64,000 nt of DNA from Chlorokybus atmophyticus. Taxonomy: Eukaryota; Plantae; Mesostigma and Chlorokybus algae. The stretch's first letter is position 1. Each line of letters opens with the position of its first letter. This document shows, piece by piece, positions 52,814-64,000 of the stretch. The notes below the pieces were generated by a model that saw nothing but the letters and a program-made list of their open reading frames with translations, was not told the DNA's origin and did no database searches. The DNA is taken from positions 749,585 through 813,584 of the forward strand of contig RHPI01002503.1 of the NCBI GenBank assembly GCA_009103225.1, in the 5' to 3' direction. The position numbers and the translations under genes were made by a program.

Positions 52814-54335
52814 CTCGAGCATCAAGCACTTCATTTTGAGGATGAAGGAAATACTGCCTGCTAGTGCTGTCCGCAACATTGTATGAGTCTCTCGTGTCTG
52901 ATTCCAAGGTATGTGGTACCTGCCTCACACACAGCTCGCATATCCACAATACGATTGACTTGTTCTGAGTTCTGTTTATGCATTGGATGCACAGGTCAAG
53001 TCAGTGTTGATGCTCGTGCCATGTACATATGTACGTTTGTAAAGTTATTTGGGTTGATGCGCGTGCCACATTGGTGTACTGTAGTTAGGATGTAGCAGGT
53101 GCCATGTCCTTTGGCATCACCTATCGCACTCATCATGATGATCACTGTTGTCTCTATTGCAGAAGTATCGAAAGTGTATCTGCTATGTCACAGCATGTCT
53201 CCTTACGTTCACTAGTTATCAAGTGTAGGAGCGACATCCCTTGCTCCCTTGTACAAGTCCTTAAGACACTGGAAGATCTTCTTGTGGTTAGCAGCGACAT
53301 TCCTCTCCTCTTATGAAGCTACTAGACACACATGCATCATCTCCTGCCGTAAGGCAATGCCATGATTGTGGCACAATTACTGCATTGCATGTTTAATGTG
53401 AAGTGTACACAGTTCCGTTTTGCATTGTTTGTACATTGGTTATAAGATTGCATGTGCTTGCATCTTTCACAAACATTCTTTGAGCGTGCCTAGCGCAGCT
53501 CTTATGTGATCTATGTGCACGTAGCTTTGCATGTACAAAACGCCTCTTTTGTACATAACTTACAAAGTGCTCAAAGTACAATCCCTGCATCCTATATGTT
53601 AAACAAACAGCGGGATTGAGCAAACACATGGCACGCATGGTAAACCACAAGCACATGCGATAGATTTGACGTGGCAAATCAAAGCTCAGAACCATAACAT
53701 GAGACACTTGCAAAAATCTAGCCGATACTCTAGGCTAGACCCTCAGGCATCATGCAGGGGTACTGAACCAAGATAGCAGCGAGAAGAAGCAACAACCTGC
53801 AGAATGCAGGAACATGCTCGATAAACAACTTTGACCGAAGTGTAGGGCACGTTGGAGGAGACTGCAATACAAGCAAACACAGCACATTACTACAATAATA
53901 ACTTTACAATAATAATGAGAGACAGTGACATAATGACCTGCAAGACATACTTGTAACCACCTAAGCTTACTAGGCTAGGGAAAGGCTAGGGCGTGTGATT
54001 GTGCCACCATGACAAGCCAGAGCATCTGCAGGCTTTGTATTAACCGCACTGTCAAACCAGCTAATGCCTAAATCTCCTTCAGCCAATCCCGTGCATTGTT
54101 TCTTTACAATATCTTAAGGCACAGCAATGTTTCACTGCGCATTGTAATTGCTGTGAGAACAACGGACGTCAATGCTCACCAAGGCCATATTGTGAGGACC
54201 ACCACGCATCAGAGTGCGCCAGCAGCAAGCAATAGCAACTCAACAAGTATCCCTATCAACCAAAGCAACTCAGCTGTTGCCTCAAACAGAAAGTCCAAGC
54301 ATGCAAACAGTGCCGAAGACATTTCCCTAGCCCTG

Positions 54336-57300
54336 TTACTGAGCCGTCTTTCTAGCCTTCTTGCCGGAGTCCCCAGATCGTTTCCTGCTTTGCTCCAACT
54401 GCCGTTTGCGCTCCTTCAACCGCTCGATGTGGTCCCGCTTGATGCTCTTGCCGCGCTGCAAACGCATTGTTGTAAGCATAGCGCCGCAATCTCTTAAGCA
54501 ACAGTTGCTTGGCTTGATGTCTCATACTCACCTGCATGGCGTCATATAGCTTCTTGGCTTTGCGAGGCATCATGATCTGCGCCAAGGCAGCTTCATCATT
54601 GCCAGGTTTGACAGCAGAGGGCAACATGGGCTCTGCTGTTGTAGGCGTGTCCTCCTCCTCCTCATCTGGCTCAGTAACGGGCAGCTCTGCCCCATTCTCC
54701 CTCTGCAAGGATGCTGAGAAGGGTACACCAGCTAGCTCTGAGGCAAGGTCTACTATGTACTTGGTTTCCTGCGCTGCGAGCTGCGCAGCAAGCGAAGGTG
54801 AGACAACAGCAAATGCATACATCGCACAAGCAGCAATGACTGCAAGTGCACAAGACAGCATCCAATCAGAAAGTAGATGAGCCCACCTCGGCTTGTTGTG
54901 CAGCTACAGCAAGCTCTTCAGACTTGTCCATGGCAGCGGTTGCGGTAGCCAAGTTGTCTTCTGCATCTTCGACTGGCACGACTGCACCAGTGACGGCGCC
55001 CACGGCTTCTGCACCGGACCTTAGTCTCCTCACGGTTTCCGCATAGTCAGGTGTATATCCCTCGTCTTCATCATTTATGAACGGCGATAGATGCGGTGGA
55101 GGCACACTGCAAGGTTGCAGAAAGTCAGCGCAGATATGTGCACCACAAGTGTCATGATAACCATGTTTGTACACTAGCTAAGTGAGGCAAGCATGTGCAA
55201 CTTGACCATCAGCAACTGCGGGTCAGCATACCAGCCAGGTAGGTATGCATCAACGGGTAGCAGGAACTTCTGGTTAACGCTGTCAAACGCCCACTGTGGT
55301 TGCACATACTGTCGCGATAGGTACCGATGACCTTGAGTGGGGCGGTCTACTACCTGTCAATGGCAGGGTTATGACTAACAAGCTGCAGCGGCTTCGCCTC
55401 AAACCGCAGCACATTGACAGTGCATACCTGATGTGTGATGGATGTGTCTGATTCATCAAAGGGTGAACCCTCTCCTTGCCAACCAACTGTGCCACCAAAG
55501 GCGCGTATGACAAAAAGAAGCGCCTCTCGAGGTACCTGCAACCAGTAGCTAGCCAGTCAGTAGGACTGCTTGTGAACATAACAGCACAGGGTCTATTGCA
55601 TTGTTGAGCTGAGTACTGGGGTAAAACCCCAGTATTGACACAGTAGTTTGATCAATGATCAACGCCGCGACATAACCATGATACAGCAATCGTGACGCAC
55701 ACGATGACAGACGCAGTCCGCACTGATCAGCTCTATAATGGAATCATCGCCCAGAGGCTCATCCGAAAGATGGTGTATATAGTGTAGCTCATCATCTCAG
55801 TGCTTTCAGACACACAAGTTTATTGTCAAACAGTATGCGCCCTGATCAGTCCTATAATTGGAATCAGCGCCGGCAGGCTCATCCGAAAGATGGTGTAAGG
55901 ATAAGCTCATCGTCTCAGGACATTGTTGCATTGATGTAGCAACCCAGTCATAGTTATCTCAACACCAGAGTGCCATTTCCTACCTCGCGTGCAAGAAAGA
56001 AGACCAGCCCACTGAAGAGCAGACAGTTGTCTGCAGTCTCTTGACTGGTGCTAGCCACTGGCGCCTCCTCCCCTTCCTGTGCTGGTCGCTCCGCAGCATC
56101 AGATTGAAGCGCGCGATCAACGGCGGCAAGCTTCTCCGTAAGACTTGCCATCCGTTCCTGCGACTCCTGACGCGCTCGCTCGTCCTGTGCTGCGTCAGGC
56201 AATGCCTCCGTCGTAGTCTCTTGGTTTGTGATGGCCTCGGGCTTGGCCAGCTGCATCATTACTGCTGACAAGCCTGCCACATGGAGTGCAATTTGTATAG
56301 CATGATTTTTGATGCAGATGTCATGACAGCAACTGTGCTGTATAATTCAAAGACATCAAGATAACAACCAAGTTCAGACTCAGATACTTACCAGCAGCAG
56401 CCTGCTCCAGCTTCTCGTCAAGCACAGGTGGGTAGGCAACTCCCAGTGAATGATATAACTTGTACATGATGAAACCGAGTAGAACCTGCATGAAAGGTGC
56501 TGGTAACTATTTGCATCAAGTGAGACTAAAAGAACAGCAACTGCAATCCAACTCAAGGAACTCGAAGATTGACAGAAGGCATACCTCGTAGAACTCGAGG
56601 AACGTCAGCATGACACGATAATCAACGTCATCTGGTAAGTGTTGGCCAAGAGCGTGTGGTGCAATCCAGGTGATTGTCTGTCCCAGAACCTCAGCCTGCA
56701 CATCAATGCTCAAAATATCAGTACTGTCAAAGCATGCTGCAAATGCAGCGGAAGCACTGACGCGCTGCAAAAACCAACCTGGAAATAGATGCCCTTCACT
56801 GAGACAAACACTTTGCGAAGGGCGTGAGTCCTGGTGACATATGCCTGAAACTCCAGCGCCAACCTACAGCAAAACATAGTGAGACAGCGACTCAATCTGA
56901 CCAATCAACCACAGAACCTGATAGGGTGGCGTCATTTACGCATCACGCGTGGCTACAAACAAGTGCAAGGCAACATGCACGCATAACTTGTCTTGAACAG
57001 TATCAAGTTAATTTGGTTGTACCTGCGGGCTGTATGCACCATATCTGCTGGTATATGATGCCTCCGTTCCGCAGGCAACACGGCAAACAGATGCACAAGC
57101 GTCAATGGATCATCCATGTCACGCACGGCATCAATGAAAGACGGGTACCTGCAGCAGGCAAAAGGTACAGACTTGCAAAGCATTATACAACAGCAACTAG
57201 CTGCAAACGCAGCTACTTAGTCAGGTCATGCTGCTCGATGTGCAACTGCGCCCACGCCAACGGACGGGTACACATTGTGCATATAGTCTACACATGGTCG

Positions 57301-58409
57301 TACACAGGTGTGCATATTGCACTGTTTACTCAAGCAAGTGGGCACATGCGTAAGCATTAATGGGATTTTTGTCTCCTTGTAGTGTGATTGTGACAATGAA
57401 TGCAACTGCACCTACCACAGTCGCTGTGAGCTTCATGCATCTGTTGCTGTATACATTATGGCCTTTCAAAGACCGCCATCATGCACACAGCAACAGCTGC
57501 AAGGGTGCTACTACCTACCACCTTGCCCTTGTACGATAAGTAAGCGATGCAATATGCAAGATGAAGAACATGGGCATGCACAGCCTGCACGAACAACAGG
57601 AGCGTACGCACACAGCGATTTGCACGCAAACGCAACCGACCATGACATACGAACAAGAATGCTTCGTGCTGCATTTGCGACACACCCCACACATGCATGC
57701 GCCCACAGGATGCATGCCATTCGCTTCTCCTCAAGCATGCTTAGGATTGCTTACCGCTCCTTCACAAGATGATCCAGTGAAAACGTTGGTCGTCGTGACC
57801 GTAACCGCTCTGCAACAGCCCATGCTTCCTTTCCTTCGGCCTTCTTGATTTTGCGATCATACACCTTGAGCTCCCTGATATCGATACAACTCGCATTCAG
57901 CAACTCTGCCGCCATCAGCAACTAGTAAAGCTTCCCAAAGTACCAGACAAGCCAGCACACCTGCTTTTCTCCAGGAGAGGCTCATGTGCAAGGAAGTTGA
58001 TGTCCTTGACATGATAATACGTCTTATGCTGACCATGCACCTTCTTCTTGGGCTCGCGAGGATGTATACCCTTCAATATGCACAACCGTCTACAAAACCA
58101 CCAGGCATGAGTAACCAGCACAGCTACTACTCTGCTGCTTGCAGGCACAAGCCACAGGCTGTCTGTCAGAAGCCTAACAGGCCTCAGCCCGCGTGCGAGC
58201 TAGTACCTAAACTCAGGAAGTTTGATTTGCAGGCGGGTAAGCGCTTGGTTGCGGGTGGTGTACAACGTCGCGTTGCCTTCCTTTCCCTGCCCGCATGCAC
58301 CGCAATTTAAGCGTCAGTGTCAAGAAACCTCTACCAGAAGCAATGCCTGCAAATTTCCCAAGCGCCCCGCAAAAGCAACAGCGCTTACCCGCAGCTTCTT
58401 TCTGCCCAT
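54336..58409 (-). CDS. PES1: Pescadillo homolog (PES1/Nop7, 60S biogenesis)
   Basis: MGRKKLR|[27 protein letters not shown]|[94 protein letters not shown]|[42 protein letters not shown]. Confidence 0.97.
55723..55800 (-). ncRNA. C/D-box snoRNA (U51/snR39-like), copy A, in a PES1 intron
   Basis: Minus strand reads CTGAG-ATGATGA(C)-...CACCATCTTTCGG-ATGA(D')-...ATGATT(C')-...CTGA(D)-TCAG, with a terminal CTGA/TCAG stem. The 13-nt guide is complementary to the conserved LSU rRNA sequence CCGAAAGAUGGUG. Confidence 0.88.
55842..55918 (-). ncRNA. C/D-box snoRNA (U51/snR39-like), copy B, in a PES1 intron
   Basis: Paralog of copy A with the identical guide and D' box, a C-box variant ACGATGA, D box CTGA and the CTGA/TCAG terminal stem. 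Linker sequence has diverged. Confidence 0.82.
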
Positions 58410-58613
58410 CTTCGCTCAATATACAGCTCAGACACCGATATAAACACAAGAACGCCACACTTGTCAACGAGCAAAGCAACCGCCGCCTGCACAGGTGCTT
58501 ATAGGACGCCGCCGCCACCGCCGCCGCTGCCGCCGCCAGACTCAGCCGCCCCAAATGTGTGACCGCATTGACGTATGTTACCTGACCGGCTGGCCGCATA
58601 CATTTCTTATACG

Positions 58614-58629
58614 AAATCCTAACCCTAAC
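58614..58629 (+). promoter_or_regulatory. Telo-box-like AAATCCTAACCCTAAC between PES1 and SPG15
   Basis: Degenerate tandem telomere-like unit about 200 nt upstream of the PES1 ATG. Confidence 0.4.
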
Positions 58630-58900
58630 AATCGCATTGCAGCGCCCTGCATGTTAGCACGTTGCCGCTGGTGTTGGCATGCTTGCTGGCAGTGTGCATC
58701 TAGGTGTAAGCTTGGAAGAACCTGCGTACAGCTGCAGCGGGGAGTTTACCGGCGTATGTGCAAGGCGCTTGCAAGAGAGACATGCGCAACCCAGCGTCAG
58801 ATATGCTCCAATGTCCAATGTGGAGCAGGTTGGATGCCTAAACTGCTCACACACAGCAGGAATGCTTCAGAGAAAGTTAACTGTATCTGGGTTGTCGCAG

Positions 58901-61900
58901 ATGAATAGCATATCCATGCAGTTGGGTCCAGGATGCGTGCGACGATCAGTGGCATATCTTCGTTAACCGACCCATATGGTCGCACCTTTGCCTTTGCCTT
59001 TGACTGTGCCGTACTATCAATTGCCAGTGATCAAGACTCTGCATGCAATTTACGCCATCTTTTCACACTGTCTACGGTTCACTCTTTAGGTGGCTGAGCT
59101 TCTAGATGCTTCTCTATGCACTGCAGCAACAGCCGAAAGGTGTAATGAGCTATTGAACGAGGTGAGTGAATGCTCACTGTTGCAGCTCGCTGCTCATGTT
59201 TCAGTGACAACAATCAACTTCAGGCCAAACAGCTGCTAGAACATGCAAAAGCAGCAGCTGATGAAGTGCGAAGCTCAGAACCATCGACGCCAACAACACC
59301 AGCGCATGCTGCTTCACCTAAAACGCCATCAAGTGCAAGGGCGGCTGATTCTGAAGAGTACTCCCATGTTGCACCCGAACGCGCACCACCGAGCACTGAT
59401 GGCGAGTCTCAAGCAAGTACGAAGTCATAGAGCACTCGCAAACTCTCAACCGAGCCATGGCCGCAGAGAAGATGTGGTTGTTCGCGATGGTGTTGCCGTC
59501 CTAATCAATGTAGCGCAGGCACAGCAAGCACATCAAAGAGAAGTCATGGGGAGCGCTGGGCCAGATTTGGTGGCTGGGCGCGCACGTGGTCGCGTGCATC
59601 CGGCACTCCTGGCACACCCTCACGGTCAGAGCCTGCAGAGAACTCGGTGAGCTTGTGCACCTGTTCTTCGTGGTGCATTCATGTCGAGTAGTAGTGTGAC
59701 ATCAACCAACATGGAAGCCATATGTGTGCAGGCAGTCAAGGCTAGCATTGAAGAACACAGCACGCCACTAAAACAGGAGGCGCGTCTCTGGACTAGTGAT
59801 GAGCTGTATGCGGCTGTCGTGGCCAATAGCTTGGAAAAGGCAGAGCAGATTCTTAGCAAGGTGGGTGCCAACAGCTGCTTTCATTCAGTTCTGAAGTTGT
59901 GCAACATGTTGGTTCTACTGCATAGCAGGCTGCAAGCAGTGCTCTAAGGGAGTCTATCAGCGGATGCGGGCCTGTAGATGTCAGTGGCGCGGCATGCGGT
60001 GGTCCTCGTCATAAAGCTGTCGACCTGCTGCATGCGGCATTTGCTGCATCGGCTCAAGGCAAAAAGCAGTTTCTCAGTGGTGAGCTGCAGCTGTCCGTAT
60101 GGCTGGTAGTGATGACATGCAGCGCTTTGCATCAAGCTCTATTTTTTGCGCCAGGGCTGCTTCACAACCTCTGCAAGGCTCTGCTGGAGGATGTTGGCAG
60201 TGACGCTGCTGATTGCTCTTTTCTTGGAGTTGGACTGACGCCCCAGGAAACTAGTATAGGTGTTGCGGAGCATGCACACTATGAGGGCTCTGCTGAGTCA
60301 CTGAGTCCAGAAACAGCTTCAACGGATGCACCGCTGGCCTATCTTCCAGTGTTCATTCAGTATATCGCCAATGTCGGCGATGTGCTGACATCTCTTGAAG
60401 GCATGGACACGTATAACTACTTCCTGCTGCTGTCACAGCGGCCAAGCGATCTGCTCACAGAGCTAGTGTTCGAGTTAGGCAGCCCGGACGCTGCTACGCG
60501 CGTGGCTGGACACATGGGGATTGACTTGGTACATAGGGTATTAGCTGCATGTATCACGCCTGTACTGCCTCCCCAAGCAAGGACTGCATTGTTTCCTCCA
60601 ACCCCGTCAGGGGCGGCTGCTGTTGCGCGGCAGTACTCCCTCACCTTAGACGTTGTTAAGCACTTGGCAACCATTTCCCCGCTTAGAGCTGTACTTGCTT
60701 GTGTATTTGGCCTGCTTCACCGCGATGTGGAGGTGCCCACTTCACAGGCAGGCGACAGTGAGGCCAATGCTGAAGCAGACCGCGTGTTCCTGGAGTTTGC
60801 ACTGGAGCACTCTGAAGAGTAAGTATCGCACTAGGCTTGGCCGTGTACTCTCCCTGCCCTGCCAGCATGCATTGTCTTTATCAGTGTTGCTACTTGCAGT
60901 TACCCAGTTTTGAATCGCTGGATCAAGCTTCAGGCGCATATAAGCAACATACAGTTGCTTGCAAAAGCTCCCCTCATTTCCAGTATCACAAATCCAGCAT
61001 CTATCACAGACTTTCCCAGCGCAGAAAGTCATGCAGACGTGGCATCCGAAGTGGCGCAGTCAATTCAAGTTGACCATGTGCCAGGCGGAGTTGCCTCCAG
61101 GCCTGCTGATTTAGATACGGGCAATTCTCCAGCGGCTTGGTATGACCATGTTAGTTTGCAGACTGCAGGTGAACAGCCAGAAAAGACACCCGACTTGTGG
61201 GAGGATGAGGTTGTATATGTAGGCGCCGTTGACAGGTACTTGCTGAGTCGCTTGACAGCTGATGGCTCATAGCATGGCTGTCCAGAAGTCAGCTTTACGT
61301 CCTGCTGCAGGTTGACAGGAAATGGCCAGCTTGACGATGCCTTAGCCATTGCGGACCGCTGGCTCACCGCTGGTCCGCCAGACTCGCTGCTGGCTTTACT
61401 CGTTGAAACTGAATGCAAATTGCAGGATCATCAAGCGGGTATTATGCATCAAGAAATAAATGCGGAGCACAAACCTCTGGGATGGCAGTACTGCCTGCGA
61501 CTCCGCGACAAAGAGAAAGCCGCTCAGCTTGCTTTGAGGTTCATTAAATCATCACGTCGTGATCAGGTCGTGTCATCTACAACAGGAATCAATACTATGC
61601 TGGCAGGTATTATCGGCAATGGGATTGCCAGGCCGCCTTGGATGTACTTCAGAGCTGTTTATCCCAGCTGTTGATGTCTTCACCATGTCACAATAAGGTG
61701 AAGATGTGCCAGTGCCTTGCTGATAGCAATGTTTCCCCGTCATTGACTGCATGACACTTGTATGCACTCTGCAGGTCCAGGAACTGTTGTCTCGCCTGCA
61801 CTTCTGCGCTGATGTCGTAAACACCGGCGCATTAGCTATGCCCTGGCAACAGGTATTGCATGGTGTCTCCATCTGCGTTGGACACTTGTTATGCCGAACG

Positions 61901-64000
61901 TCCGTCAAAAATGTGGCTGTGATGCTGGATGCATTTTGCAGGTCGACGAACTGTACTTGAAGGACCCAGCCAACCTTGCCCAGCAGCTGGCAGCGGCTGG
62001 TGCTTACCAGCTCAGCATTCAACTGGCTCATGAGGCGCCATTACCTGCTGACCAGTGTCGTCCATTCCATGAGGCATACGTTGTAGCCTTGTTCAATGAA
62101 ACCGATGCAGATAAAGGGGGACCAGTTGCAGCCACTAGTGCACTGGACGCGCTTGGTGAGGAAGCTGTTCGGGTTGCCTTGGCAGCCTTAAGCAAACTTA
62201 GCGACCTGCGCTTTAAGTTCCTGCTGGTGAGCCTTCAGGTTACAACAATTGGATTTGTGTTACATATGTGGCTGTTGGCGTGAAGCTCTGCGTGTCCGCA
62301 GGTACACTATCTGCTCACTGCACAGCAACATGCCCTTACACAGCAACAGTTGAAGAAGCTCAAACGATTTCGACTTGGCCTCAAGGCCGTGATGTCACTT
62401 CCACAATTGTGGCGTGAAAGGTGTGCAGCGCTGCATGCAGCTCCTCCATTGATCTTGGAAAGTCTGCTGATGTGGCAACAGCTCAGTCCTGCGCAGAAGG
62501 TAGACATGTAAGACTTTCAAGTTTCAGCATGTGTGGTCGGGCACATCCATTTACGTGTGCATATGCCTGTGTTGCCAGCAAGTCCAGTGGCTGACAGTTG
62601 TTCCGTGCAGCTGCTGCAGGATTTCCCAGAGTTGCAAGATGACTCGCTCATCAGCTTGTATGCAGCCAAAGCTCTGTCATTTGAGTATGCTGCGCTGCCC
62701 ACCAGCGCGGTTCGCAGCTTGTCAGACAACACCATGGCAACTGATGTACAAGAGCTGAGTGACAGCTCTGACGACGCTGATGAGCCATTGATGCTACCTC
62801 CAACCGATGCCTGGGAGATTATGTCTAGGACTCATGGAGGTGTTGTCGCTGCATTGGAGGCAGCTGCCGAGCTGGTCTCCGGTGGCTATCCTAGCCCCAG
62901 TTCAAGCTGGGGCCCAGCTGTGCGCGCTGAAGGTGCTGTGACCTCAAATGATATTTTGCGCCAGTCATTCAACTATCGTAGTGCTCCAAACACGACCCTG
63001 TTCAAGGTATACCACTATGCTATACTATATACTAGCCACCAAACCTCTGTCCCGTGTGTGTTCCTGCGTAACTGCTCTGTCGCCGGCAGGCGTTGCTTGA
63101 CCTGTGCTCCAGTCGCGCTGTAGCAGCACGTGCAGCTGCAAGTATTTGTGAGTATCTGGCATGGTCGCTGTTATCAACAGATCGCATAGCGGCTTCCGCA
63201 TCTGATGCTCAGCTGGAGACCGCACTTGACGCAGCGGAGGTCATGCTGCAGGTAGTACTGCTCGCTACTGGACTTGCAGTGGAAGCACGGTTGCCACTTT
63301 ACGCCTGAAGTTGTCATCTCTTCTGTCTTGCAGGGGCTGGAGTACGCCAAGGAGCAGTACTTGCTAGCCGCAACTGAAACTTTTGGCTCTTCTGTTCATA
63401 CTGCAGCAGAGGCGACTGCCACTGAGTATCTCTTGTCCAAGTTGCAGCTGGTGCACAAGTTGTTGGGCTCTGGTGTTGCTGTTGCCATTGATGACATTGA
63501 GCATGGCGAACAACTGCTAGAGAGGCTTGTGGCTGGCGAGCGGTACAGCTTGGCCATATATGCTTGCAGCAAGTGCGAGGTGAGTGTCAGACGTTTGCGG
63601 ATGTGAGAGGGGCTTGTCTAATAAATGTGTGTGCAATCAGTGGGATGCGTATCCAGTATGGCGTGCATGGGGCAATTCGCTGCTTGCAACCAGCCAGTTT
63701 GCAGCGGCACGTAGCAAATTCCAGCAAGCTATTCGCTTGCGGCCTGGCCATGATGAAACGGTGTTTCAAACAGTGGAGCTGCTTGAAGGACCTCCTCCTC
63801 TGCAGTTGTATGCTGTACGCATGCACGCGCAGGTAACTGTGCAACATTGCAAAACCCGGTGCAAAGTCGTGGCAGACTGTTGTCGGCATATAATGTCGAG
63901 AATGTGGAGAGTGTTGGTTCGGTTGAGCACATACTGAACAGGTCCATGCTGCAGGCCTTGGACAGAAGCTTCTCCTTCAAGCCGCATGATGCACTGGACG
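58901..64000 (+). CDS. SPG15: Spastizin / ZFYVE26 (SPG15, AP-5 accessory) homolog; start approximate, 3' end beyond the window
   Basis: GKKQFLSG|LLHNLCKAL, YLPVFIQYIANVGDV..RPSDLLTELVFELGSPDAATRVA, DVVKHLATISPLRAVLACVFG, LNRWIKLQ, GQLDDALAIADRWL..GPPDSLLALLVE, WQYCLRLRDKEKAAQLALR, ERYSLAIYACSKC..DAYPVWRAWGNSLL...ARSKFQQA...LEGPPP; these match recalled plant ZFYVE26 motifs. Confidence 0.85.

Overview
Intron-rich eukaryotic nuclear DNA, not prokaryotic: no CRISPR, rRNA, tRNA or intact transposase was seen. Introns are mostly GT-AG and about 70-150 nt. Gene content (plastid Tic22, plant-type UFM1, LPEAT2, PRMT6, a Mal d 1-associated-like protein, telo-boxes) suggests a green alga, most likely an early-diverging streptophyte (Chlorokybus/Mesostigma/Klebsormidium-like); this is an inference. 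I reconstructed about 15 multi-exon genes by eye: ankyrin-repeat protein, TIC22, MdAP-like, LPEAT2-like, choline/ethanolamine kinase, PRMT6, a ZYP1-like coiled-coil protein, a plastid-targeted YhfW-like FAD/Rieske enzyme, a DUF4604-like/TPR protein, UFM1, SMC2, RIO1, an orphan secreted protein, PES1 and SPG15/ZFYVE26. There is also a disrupted BTB gene and some decayed or AT-rich segments. Main findings: (1) a probable synaptonemal-complex transverse-filament (ZYP1) homolog at 25474-31023; (2) a tandem pair of C/D-box snoRNAs inside a PES1 intron, predicted to guide LSU rRNA 2'-O-methylation; (3) five consecutive head-to-head gene pairs, three with telo-box or telo-box-like motifs and one with an E2F site; (4) UFM1 with a start codon split by an intron. 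All homology calls rest on recalled family sequences, not database searches, and gene ends marked approximate are uncertain.
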